NCBI GenBank assembly: GCA_036557885.1
Contig: DATBGS010000114.1
Coordinates: 1-31,001, forward strand
Reading direction: 5' to 3'
Source of the DNA: Ktedonobacterales bacterium
Lineage (GTDB): Bacteria; Chloroflexota; Ktedonobacteria; Ktedonobacterales; DATBGS01
Length of the DNA stretch: 31,001 bases
The translations under genes and the position numbers were made by a program. This document shows positions 18,106 through 25,693 of the stretch, in pieces (positions within the stretch are counted from its first letter, which is position 1; each line of letters opens with the position of its first letter). Under the pieces are notes generated by a model, which was given only the letters and a program-made list of their open reading frames with translations, ran no database searches and was not told the origin of the DNA.

Positions 18106-18681
18106 CTAGGAAATCTCGCTGGTCAGGAGGATTGCCTCAGCCACCTCGCGCATGGATTTACGATTGTTCATGCTCAGTTTTTGAATGCGCCGGAACGCCT
18201 CTTGTTCGGTCAGCCCCTGCTTCTCCATCAACAAGCCCTTGGCTCGCTCCACCACTTTGCGCGTGGCAAGTTGATCTTGCAGGTCTTTGGCCTGTTTCTC
18301 CATCGCCCGGAATTCGGCAAAGCGGGCCAGCGCAATCTCAATCGCCGGGCGAATATCGCCCTGGCGCCAGGGTTTGACAATATAATTGACCACCCCGGCG
18401 CCCTTGGCCCGGTCAATCAAATCCTGATCATTGAACGCTGTTACCAGGACAACTGGCGCGATCTTCTCCTGCGTTAACGTCTCGGCAGCCTTGATGCCAT
18501 CCAATTCAGGCATGCGAATATCCATGACCACCAGGTCGGGCCGCAATTCGCGTGCCAGGTTGACAGCGCTCACGCCATCCACCGCTTCACCAACGACCAG
18601 ATAGCCCTGCTTGGTCAACTCCTCTTTTAAGTCAATACGCATGACTGGCTCGTCATCCGCAATAATGATTCTCGTGGGCAT
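18106..18681 (-). CDS. ANTAR-domain response regulator (receiver + RNA-binding antiterminator output)
   Basis: Receiver motifs IIIADDEP, MDIRMPELDG and KPW. C-terminal ANTAR (VVERAKGLLMEKQGLTEQEAFRRIQKLSMNNRKSMREVAEAIL). The start was set to ATG 18681 with RBS GGGGGAA; the track start at 18774 adds 31 junk residues. Confidence 0.85.
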   Translation of the reverse strand: MPTRIIIADDEPVMRIDLKEELTKQGYLVVGEAVDGVSAVNLARELRPDLVVMDIRMPELDGIKAAETLTQEKIAPVVLVTAFNDQDLIDRAKGAGVVNYIVKPWRQGDIRPAIEIALARFAEFRAMEKQAKDLQDQLATRKVVERAKGLLMEKQGLTEQEAFRRIQKLSMNNRKSMREVAEAILLTSEIS

Positions 18682-18814
18682 ACCAGTTCCCCCAACACGC
18701 TCTGGGAGGTACCGAGCACCAGGCGTACTCTGCACCCCAACGAATAAAGGACGGAAAAACGAGAACGAACGCAACTACTATCCACAGGAGTATAACACAT
18801 ATGCTTTCCACGAC

Positions 18815-19786
18815 TCACATCCAATGTTTCCAGCGGAAGTAGAGAATTTGTGACATACTCACCAGGAGCATAAAACCAAGTACCACCCAGAAGAAGTAGC
18901 CGTTGTCATGGTCCACCTGCGGCGAATGCCCAAAGTTTTGCCCAAATATCCCGGTGATAAAGGTGATCGGCAAAAAGATTGTGGCAATAATCGTCAGGCG
19001 CTTCATCACATCATTCAGCCGGTTGGAAACCGTCGAGAGATAGGCATCCAGCATCCCACTCATCAGATCGCGGTAGGAATCTACCACCTCAAAGACGCGC
19101 ACCAGATGGTCATGCACATCGCGGAAATACAGCGACGCCTCATCGGAAACAATATGGAAGACACGGCCACCCAGCCGATTAAAATGCTCAATTTGTGGGC
19201 TGACCACGCGGCGAAACTGTCCCAGCCCGCGCTTCAGCTTAAAAATGCGTACTTGCAGGTCCGGTGTTGGATTATCAATCACACTATCTTCCAATTGATC
19301 CAGCACATCATCCAGTTCGTCCAGCACCGGAAAATAGCTATCCACCACCGCATCAGCCACCGCGTGCAACAAAAAATCTATCCCCCGGCGCAATGGGCGA
19401 AGCTCATTTGGATCATGGGGAATCAATTTGGTGATAAAAGGCATGGGCGCATCATGGACCGTCAGCAGAAAATGTTCATTAAAGACCACATCCAATTCGG
19501 GGAGCTTCACCACATCGGTCTTCGGGTCATAGTGAATTGTGTGCATCACCAGATAATAATACCCTTCCCCCTCCTCAAACTTGGCACGCTGCTCCTGTTC
19601 GATAATGTCCTCTACCGTCAGATGCCCAATGCCAAACCACCCTGCAATTTCGGAAACTTGCTTGTCGTCTGCCCCCTCCAGGTCTATCCAGATACGCGCC
19701 TTGGGGTCGCTCGTCAACCTGGAAAGGTCTGGGAGCGGCAAATCGCACAACAACTGATCACCCTGATACACCCGCGAATGAATCAT
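18815..19786 (-). CDS. corA: CorA-family divalent cation transporter with GQN variant of the GMN motif
   Basis: The C-terminus aligns with E. coli CorA TM1-TM2 (LTIIATIFLPITFITGIFGQNFGHSPQ...YFRWKHWM vs [28 protein letters not shown]...YFKRKNWL). The Gln codon CAA was verified in the sequence. ATG 19786 has RBS GGAGGGG. Confidence 0.85.
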   Translation of the reverse strand: MIHSRVYQGDQLLCDLPLPDLSRLTSDPKARIWIDLEGADDKQVSEIAGWFGIGHLTVEDIIEQEQRAKFEEGEGYYYLVMHTIHYDPKTDVVKLPELDVVFNEHFLLTVHDAPMPFITKLIPHDPNELRPLRRGIDFLLHAVADAVVDSYFPVLDELDDVLDQLEDSVIDNPTPDLQVRIFKLKRGLGQFRRVVSPQIEHFNRLGGRVFHIVSDEASLYFRDVHDHLVRVFEVVDSYRDLMSGMLDAYLSTVSNRLNDVMKRLTIIATIFLPITFITGIFGQNFGHSPQVDHDNGYFFWVVLGFMLLVSMSQILYFRWKHWM

Positions 19787-19850
19787 ACGACTACCCCTCC
19801 AAAATCAGCTATGGCGCTGCCAGAGATGTGCTTCCTCTCCCCGGCAATGC

Positions 19851-20687
19851 TCACAAGAGGCTGCCCATCGAGCCAGCCGCAAGCGTCCTCCAGTCAAGAT
19901 GCGCGTATTTGGTCGCCGCCAACTCCTGCGCCAGCCACCATTCCTCAGCGCTTAACGACCCAGCCTTAAATGGCACCCCCAACGCCTGGATAAAACCCTG
20001 CTGAAACGCCTGGCGCATCTCGTCCCATGTAACACCTGGCGCGAAGCGATGGATGCTCGCTGTTGCTTCCTGATAGGCCATTAAAGCCGCCTGACGCTGT
20101 TCTTCGGTCGGGTACCGTAAGAGAGAGAAGAGCAGCGGTCCACCATCCTCTAAGGGGATCGTCCCCTGTTGCAAGACACTGTTCTCCTTCCAGACCTGCG
20201 CGCTCCCTACCAGCTTGCGACCATTGCTTGTCAGATCGGCCTGGGTGGAAAAAGCAAAACACGCTGCTGTCTGCTGCTTACTCACCCGATTGGTGCTGAC
20301 CTCTGAATAAATCCCAAACGGCTCAAGCGCAGCAATAATCCCCTGCGCGAGCCAGGAATAGGCAGCTACCACACCCGTTGGCACGCCATACTCGGTAGAA
20401 ACCGTCATGCTGTAGGTAAACTCATTGACGTGTAATACCGCTCGCCCACCAGTCGGGCGGCGCACCAGATCAATCCCACGCTCAGCGCATTGCTCCACAA
20501 GAATTTCGCGCTCAATATCTTGAAAACGCCCCAGCGAAATTGCCGGGTGTTCCCAGGCAAACGCGCGGAGCGTTGGAGGCGTCTCGCCCCGCAGATGAAA
20601 CGTTAAGATCGCCTCGTCAATTGCCATATTCAACGCAGCGCTCCTCGCGCCGGTATCAAGAAAACGATACGTCGAAAAAAGAGACAT
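19851..20687 (-). CDS. lipoate-protein ligase family protein (LplA / octanoyltransferase LipM-like)
   Basis: BPL_LplA_LipB catalytic motif RRPTGGRAVLH. The N-terminus MSLFSTYRFLDTGARSAALNMAIDEAIL resembles LplA. The start was re-assigned to ATG 20687 with RBS AAGAAGG; the track start 20747 is TTG. Confidence 0.8.
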   Translation of the reverse strand: MSLFSTYRFLDTGARSAALNMAIDEAILTFHLRGETPPTLRAFAWEHPAISLGRFQDIEREILVEQCAERGIDLVRRPTGGRAVLHVNEFTYSMTVSTEYGVPTGVVAAYSWLAQGIIAALEPFGIYSEVSTNRVSKQQTAACFAFSTQADLTSNGRKLVGSAQVWKENSVLQQGTIPLEDGGPLLFSLLRYPTEEQRQAALMAYQEATASIHRFAPGVTWDEMRQAFQQGFIQALGVPFKAGSLSAEEWWLAQELAATKYAHLDWRTLAAGSMGSLL

Positions 20688-20931
20688 GAGACCTTCTTTC
20701 AGCAGCCGCAAACCAGGAAACAAGACATCGCGCCAACACCTCGGCAACTGCTGCCTTCAGGGTAATCCGCTCACCCTTCTTTGTCAAGACGCGCAAGGAG
20801 ACGCACAGGGCATTTGCATGCCAGGGCTTCTCTCCTGCCTGGCACCGCCGGTTCTGTGCTACAATAGCCGCAGAAACTCCGCTACGACGGCATCACCGTT
20901 GATGCTGCCAAAACCATTGAGGGGTGTCTAC

Positions 20932-21762
20932 ATGAAAGTCTTCATCTCCACTGATTTTGAAGGCGTGGCTGGTATCGTTGATTGGGACCAGATTCTTGCT
21001 ACCGGACGTGATTACGACCTGGGGCAGCGCCTGCTCCTGAAAGAAACCAACGCCGTGATTGATGGCGCTCTGGAGGCAGGAGCCACCGAAATTGTCGTCA
21101 ACGACTCCCACTCCTTCATGCGCAACCTGCCTCCTGATGAACTGCATGGCCGCGCGACTTACATCTCTGGCAAACATAAACCGCTCTATATGATGGAGGG
21201 GCTGGACACGTCTTTTGATGCCATCTTCTTTGTTGGCTATCACGGCTCAATTGGGGCCAGCCACGCCATCCTGAGCCACAGCTATAATCCCCGCGCCATC
21301 TGGGAAGCCAGAATCAATGGGCGCATCGTTGGCGAAACCGCGTTGAACGCGCTAGTCGCCGCCCATTATGGCGTCCCCATCGTTCTCGTTACTGGAGATC
21401 AAGTCACCGCTTCCGAGGCCCGCGAGGTGCTTCCCGAAGTGGAATGCGTGGTCGTCAAAGAATCCATCACCCGCACCGCCGCCGCCAGCCTGCACCCCCA
21501 GGTGGCTTGCGAACGACTGCGCGAGGGTGCGCTCCGCGCCCTGCAAGGGCTGCGCCAGCACAAGCCACCCCAATTTGCCGCTCCGGTGCGCGTAGAGATC
21601 ACCTTCTTGACCGCCGATATGGCCGAATCCGCCACCTGGCTGCGCAGCGTTGAATTAGTGCCGGAACAGACGCGCACCATCGTCTTTGAGGGCACCGACA
21701 CACTCACCTTGTTTCGCACCTTTGTGACGATCATTCAACTGACCCGCGCACTCGTCGAATAG
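20932..21762 (+). CDS. dppA: D-aminopeptidase DppA family (peptidase M55)
   Basis: MKVFISTDFEGVAGIV... is the classic M55 N-terminus. RBS gagggg lies 7 nt upstream of ATG 20932. The track ORF begins 246 nt upstream in non-coding-looking sequence. Confidence 0.8.
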   Translation: MKVFISTDFEGVAGIVDWDQILATGRDYDLGQRLLLKETNAVIDGALEAGATEIVVNDSHSFMRNLPPDELHGRATYISGKHKPLYMMEGLDTSFDAIFFVGYHGSIGASHAILSHSYNPRAIWEARINGRIVGETALNALVAAHYGVPIVLVTGDQVTASEAREVLPEVECVVVKESITRTAAASLHPQVACERLREGALRALQGLRQHKPPQFAAPVRVEITFLTADMAESATWLRSVELVPEQTRTIVFEGTDTLTLFRTFVTIIQLTRALVE

Positions 21763-21941
21763 CTCGTCGAGTAGAGCAGCGGCTCCGGCTCAAGCTCGCG
21801 CAAATCAGGTTCGGTCTAGTTGCCTGCTCTTGCGCAGTTTGCTATACTTGTCCCAGAGAAAACCACTGTTCTCTTGTTCTGCCAGCCAAACCAGGAACGC
21901 GCGTTCCCATCTGGCAGACAGCAGCCAGGAGGAGAAAGAGC

Positions 21942-22766
21942 ATGAGCCAGGGCCGATTTATCGTCCCACCCATCTATCAAGACCACAGCGACCAGGGTCG
22001 GGGCTACTTCCAGTTTAGCTTTCACTGCCCCGAATGTGACTACTCCGTGATGACCAACACCCAGCGCTCGAACACAGCAACCGCCACCCGCGTCATGGAC
22101 CTGGGCGTTGGGCTGATTGGTGGCTTCTGGGGCCGTGCAGCGGAGCAAGGCGAGCAAATGTTTGGCTCGCGCTATGAACAAGAACACGATCAAGCCCTTG
22201 TCAAAGCCTGGGACGAGATTAAAAAAGACTTCCGCTACTGCAATAAATGCAAGCAAACCGTCTGTTTTCGCTGCTGGAATCCTCAGATCAACATGTGCAA
22301 CACCTGCGCGCCCGATCTCAAGGCCGATGCTGTGCAGTACCAGCATGGCCTGAACATCGAAGCGCAGCGCCAACAAATAGAACAGAACTATCACGCCCCG
22401 CAGTTCAATACAGGCGCGGTGGTTTCAGCGGTCACGCCAGATATGGTCATGCCCCCACAAGGACACTCCGGGCCAATGCAGCAGATGCCAGCAGGACAGA
22501 TGGCCCCTCAGATTTCCGGCGGTCAGCCAATGGCACAGATTCCTCCACAAGCCCCTTCAGCCGCCAGCATTGCCGGTTTTTCGACCCCTGGCTACCCCAA
22601 ACAAGTCGCTTGCCCAAGCTGCAACACCGCCGGACTCCCCGGCAAGTTTTGCCAGAACTGCGGCACAAAATTACCCATGCCAGACCTGTTTTGTCCCAAG
22701 TGTTCCACCCAGGTAGCGGCCACCTCCCATTTCTGCCCGGAGTGTGGCGAACGGCTCGCCCAGTAA
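21942..22766 (+). CDS. Cys-rich multi-zinc-ribbon protein (hypothetical)
   Basis: RBS ggaggag precedes the ATG. Six or more CxxC pairs: CPECDYS, CNKCKQTVCFRCW...CNTC, CPSC...CQNCG, CPKC...CPEC (C-terminal double zinc ribbon). A Q/P/M-rich low-complexity linker is present. A hairpin terminator follows the stop. Confidence 0.7.
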   Translation: MSQGRFIVPPIYQDHSDQGRGYFQFSFHCPECDYSVMTNTQRSNTATATRVMDLGVGLIGGFWGRAAEQGEQMFGSRYEQEHDQALVKAWDEIKKDFRYCNKCKQTVCFRCWNPQINMCNTCAPDLKADAVQYQHGLNIEAQRQQIEQNYHAPQFNTGAVVSAVTPDMVMPPQGHSGPMQQMPAGQMAPQISGGQPMAQIPPQAPSAASIAGFSTPGYPKQVACPSCNTAGLPGKFCQNCGTKLPMPDLFCPKCSTQVAATSHFCPECGERLAQ

Positions 22767-22778
22767 CTGCTTCACACA

Positions 22779-22827
22779 ACAAGTAGCCCCTGGCGATGTG
22801 GTCATCACCAGAGACTACTTGTTTTAT
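22779..22827 (+). terminator. rho-independent terminator after the zinc-ribbon gene
   Basis: ACAAGTAG (22779-22786) pairs with CTACTTGT (22815-22822) around an internally paired segment (CTGG/CCAG, GATG/CATC). TTTTAT follows. Confidence 0.5.
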
Positions 22828-22866
22828 AGCACATCAGCCTGGGGAGAGCCTCGCCCTTTCCGGCGG

Positions 22867-23436
22867 CTAATTCTCTATCTCAACGGGGTGATGTCCATTC
22901 TGCTTTGGGCAGGCATGTGGCTCTGGACCCAACGGCGCGCCACAGAACGGGCAGCGCGGGCGCCCGGAAGCCAAAATCCCCTGAATATGTCGGCTCAGCG
23001 CGTTGGCCTGATCCCGTGAGAAGCGTGCAGCAAACTCCGGGTCGCGGAGTTCTCCCTGCTCACCTGGCTCATCTTCATCAATGATTCTAATGGGGGCAGC
23101 CAGCATGATCAGCAAATTATCGCGGTCATCATATCCCAGCGAAAGCTGACCAACCTGAAACTCAACATCTGGATGCTCAGGGAAATCTGCTGGAGCGCCG
23201 GGCGCCTCCAGGGCAGATGCCTGCGCCAGCGGGCGCAACACCTCCTCGCCAGAAATCTGCGCCAGCGCCTGATCAAGCGCATCACCCAGGGCTGCCAACT
23301 GCTCACGTTCCACCCAGAGCACAGCCGTGCGCCCATGCCCGCGTGCAAATAGGCGGAAGCGCCGCTGTCCTGGCTTGCCAATTGCTTCGGCATCCAGCAA
23401 CTCTACTCGCCCAAAATCATAGCGTTCTCTACTCAT
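22867..23436 (-). CDS. DUF3090-family protein
   Basis: The N-terminus MSRERYDFGRVELLDAEAIGKPGQRRFRLFARG matches the recalled DUF3090 signature (F-x-F...PGQRTF-LQA). There is a C-terminal CPFCG...CP zinc-ribbon-like tail. Start at ATG 23436; the track start 23472 is TTG. Confidence 0.7.
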   Translation of the reverse strand: MSRERYDFGRVELLDAEAIGKPGQRRFRLFARGHGRTAVLWVEREQLAALGDALDQALAQISGEEVLRPLAQASALEAPGAPADFPEHPDVEFQVGQLSLGYDDRDNLLIMLAAPIRIIDEDEPGEQGELRDPEFAARFSRDQANALSRHIQGILASGRPRCPFCGAPLGPEPHACPKQNGHHPVEIEN

Positions 23437-23614
23437 TACAGCATCCTTTCGGCGCCTGGAATGCACAAGCAAGCCTCAGAGGGGTAGTCACCCACACCAT
23501 TCCCCAAAATCCGTCAATTCAAGAGCTAGAGCAGCCCCAACGTTCAGGCACAGTGTAACACGTCGCTCTCTCCAGGCGCAAACAAGGATTCGCTCAAAAA
23601 CGGCCTCAGAAAGA

Positions 23615-23643
23615 TTGACAAAACCAGCACAGCATTGTATACT
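23615..23643 (+). promoter_or_regulatory. near-consensus sigma-70 promoter (TTGACA, 17 nt spacer, TATACT) for tRNA-Leu
   Basis: TTGACA at 23615-23620 and TATACT at 23638-23643. The predicted TSS lies ~35 nt upstream of the tRNA 5' end. Confidence 0.55.
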
Positions 23644-23684
23644 TCTTAGTGCAGCATGGCACAAGCCAGGTATGTACACAACAA

Positions 23685-23766
23685 GCCCCCGTGGCGGAAT
23701 GGTATACGCAGCAGGTTGAGGGCCTGTGCTCGAAAGGGCGTGGTGGTTCGAGTCCACTCGGGGGCA
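23685..23766 (+). tRNA. tRNA-Leu (anticodon GAG)
   Basis: Hand-folded cloverleaf. The 7-bp acceptor GCCCCCG pairs with CGGGGGC. D-loop with GG, anticodon stem GCAGG/CCTGT, loop TTGAGGG (U33, GAG, G37). The long variable arm has a GAAA loop. T-arm GGTGG-TTCGAGT-CCACT. Discriminator A. CCA is not encoded. Confidence 0.85.
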
Positions 23767-23774
23767 CCTATTCC

Positions 23775-23803
23775 TTGACTTTTGGTCCAGCATCTGGTAT
23801 GCT
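23775..23803 (+). promoter_or_regulatory. near-consensus sigma-70 promoter (TTGACT, 17 nt spacer, TATGCT) for tRNA-Gly
   Basis: TTGACT at 23775-23780 and TATGCT at 23798-23803. It begins 9 nt after the tRNA-Leu 3' end. Confidence 0.55.
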
Positions 23804-23823
23804 GTGAAATACAAACATCATTT

Positions 23824-23895
23824 GCGGGCTTGGTGTAGTGGTAACATGCGACCTTCCCAAGGTTGAGACCGTGGGTTCGAATCCCATAGCCCGCT
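23824..23895 (+). tRNA. tRNA-Gly (anticodon CCC)
   Basis: Hand-folded. Acceptor GCGGGCT pairs with AGCCCGC. D-stem GTGT/ACAT. Anticodon stem CGACC/GGTTG, loop TTCCCAA (CCC). T-arm GTGGG-TTCGAAT-CCCAT. Discriminator U. 72 nt. Confidence 0.85.
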
Positions 23896-23938
23896 CCTCA
23901 TTTTCATCTGAGCCATGAAAATCCATAAATCAGCGACC

Positions 23939-23968
23939 TGGCCGGGAGAATGCCCGGCTTCTTTTTTA
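23939..23968 (+). terminator. rho-independent terminator after the tRNA pair
   Basis: GCCGGG-agaatg-CCCGGC stem (23941-23958) followed by TTCTTTTTT. Confidence 0.6.
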
Positions 23969-24011
23969 CTCCAAACGTCGCCTTCCAAATGATGAATGGT
24001 ATGGTGAACGG

Positions 24012-24041
24012 TTGACTTCCCTTTCCCCAAAATGGTAAACT
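24012..24041 (+). promoter_or_regulatory. putative guaB promoter (TTGACT, 18 nt spacer, TAAACT)
   Basis: TTGACT at 24012-24017 and TAAACT at 24036-24041, ~75 nt upstream of the guaB ATG. RBS aagggg lies 8 nt before the ATG. Confidence 0.4.
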
Positions 24042-24117
24042 ATCCAAATAATACCCGGCCATTGTAGATTCAGCCGCTGTAGGCCCGCTGTTTGAGCTTG
24101 CAAGGGGTACAGTTCAC

Positions 24118-25617
24118 ATGACCACACACATTGATTGGGAAGAAAAGTTTGGCACCCAGGGATATACCTTTGACGATGTTCTGCTCATCCCGGCTGCCTC
24201 CTCAGTGCTTCCCTCCGAAGTCTCCACACGCACGCGCCTGACCAACACCATTGAACTCCAGATTCCTGTGCTCTCCGCCGCAATGGACACCGTTACCGAG
24301 GCGCGGTTAGCGATTGCGATGGCCCGCGAAGGCGGCATTGGCATCATCCATCGCAATCTCTCGATTGAAGACCAGGCCACAGAAGTAGACAAGGTGAAAC
24401 GCTCGGAGGCGGGAATGATCACCGATCCCATCACCCTCGCCCCCCACGATTCGCTGCGCGCTGCCCTGGCTGCAATGGCAAGTTACCATATCTCTGGTAT
24501 TCCCATCACCGAGCAGGGACGGCTTGTCGGCATTCTGACGAACCGCGACCTGCGCTTTGAAACCAACCTTGACCGCCCAATTGACGAGGTTATGACCAGA
24601 GAGCACCTGATTACTGCCCCAGTGGGAACCTCACTAGAAGAAGCCCGCAGCATCCTGCACCACCACAAAATAGAGAAACTTCCTGTGGTGGATGAACACG
24701 GCATGCTCAAAGGCTTGATTACCGTGAAAGACATCCAAAAGAAGACGCAATACCCATCGGCAGCGAAAGACGCGCAGGGGCGGCTGCGGGTTGGCGCGGC
24801 GGTTGGCGTTGGGCCAGACTGTGAAGAACGCTGCGCCGCCTTGATCGCAGAGCATGTAGACGTGCTGGTCGTAGACACCTCACACGGGCACTCGCGTATG
24901 GTACTGGAGGCAATTAGCCGCGTCAAGCGTCGCTTTGGTAAGCAGGTCCAGATCATCGCTGGCAACGTCGCCACTGCTGAAGGCACCGAGGCGCTGATCG
25001 AAGCAGGAGCCGATGCCGTCAAGGTAGGCATTGGGGCCGGAGCTATCTGCACTACCCGCGTCGTCGCAGGTGTGGGTGTCCCGCAGATCAGCGCCATTTA
25101 TGACTGCGCGCGGGCAGCCGCTCGCCACCACATCCCCATCATTGGCGACGGAGGCATCCAATATTCCGGCGACATCGCCAAGGCTATCGCCGCTGGAGCC
25201 GATACCGTCATGCTCGGCGGATTGCTGGCAGGGGTAGATGAAAGCCCCGGCGAACTGGTCATCTCGCAGGGCGAACGCTATAAAAACTATCGAGGCATGG
25301 GGTCTATCGGCGCCATGAAACGCCGCAGCTACAGCAAGGACCGCTACTTCCAGCAAGGAACTACCGACGAATCACAGCTTATTGCCGAGGGCATCGAGGG
25401 CCGGGTACCCTACAAGGGACCGCTGGGCAACATGATCTATCAACTCGTTGGGGGATTGCGCCAGGCAATGGGCTACTGCGGGGCAGCAACGATACAAGAG
25501 ATGCAAAGCAAGACGCGCTTCACGCGCATGACGGGCGCGGGCCTGCGAGAAAGCCACCCACACGACATCTTCATCACCAAAGAAGCACCCAACTACAATA
25601 CGTCCGGCTCGCGTTAA
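24118..25617 (+). CDS. guaB: inosine-5'-monophosphate dehydrogenase
   Basis: IMPDH TIM barrel with an inserted CBS pair. Catalytic Cys loop [20 protein letters not shown]. Conserved motifs GSIGAMK and [11 protein letters not shown]. 499 aa. Confidence 0.95.
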   Translation: MTTHIDWEEKFGTQGYTFDDVLLIPAASSVLPSEVSTRTRLTNTIELQIPVLSAAMDTVTEARLAIAMAREGGIGIIHRNLSIEDQATEVDKVKRSEAGMITDPITLAPHDSLRAALAAMASYHISGIPITEQGRLVGILTNRDLRFETNLDRPIDEVMTREHLITAPVGTSLEEARSILHHHKIEKLPVVDEHGMLKGLITVKDIQKKTQYPSAAKDAQGRLRVGAAVGVGPDCEERCAALIAEHVDVLVVDTSHGHSRMVLEAISRVKRRFGKQVQIIAGNVATAEGTEALIEAGADAVKVGIGAGAICTTRVVAGVGVPQISAIYDCARAAARHHIPIIGDGGIQYSGDIAKAIAAGADTVMLGGLLAGVDESPGELVISQGERYKNYRGMGSIGAMKRRSYSKDRYFQQGTTDESQLIAEGIEGRVPYKGPLGNMIYQLVGGLRQAMGYCGAATIQEMQSKTRFTRMTGAGLRESHPHDIFITKEAPNYNTSGSR

Positions 25618-25639
25618 AGCCGCTTCTCGTTACCTGCAC

Positions 25640-25692
25640 AACAGGAAGCGCCGCTCGTACTGTACAAGCGGCGCTTCCTGTTGTTTTGTTTT
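25640..25692 (+). terminator. strong rho-independent terminator after guaB (convergent with rpoN)
   Basis: A 16-bp stem, AACAGGAAGCGCCGCT (25640-25655) pairing with AGCGGCGCTTCCTGTT (25667-25682), with an 11-nt loop. GTTTTGTTTT follows. Confidence 0.7.
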
Positions 25693-25693
25693 C

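Noticed and set aside
21816-22394. 192-aa minus-strand ORF opposite the zinc-ribbon gene
   Set aside because: It is antisense to an ORF that has an RBS, terminator and conserved Cys motifs. It has no start-codon context of its own.
22744-23019. 91-aa plus ORF spanning the zinc-ribbon-gene terminator and the 3' end of the DUF3090 gene
   Set aside because: It runs through a rho-independent terminator and is antisense to DUF3090. It is spurious.
23488-24030. Minus-strand ORFs 23488..23814 and 23818..24030 covering the tRNA genes and their promoters
   Set aside because: They overlap two well-folded tRNAs and a terminator and have no coding signal.
24307-25563. Antisense ORFs within guaB (24483..25097, 24880..25356, etc.)
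   Set aside because: guaB is unambiguous, and these are reverse-frame artefacts.
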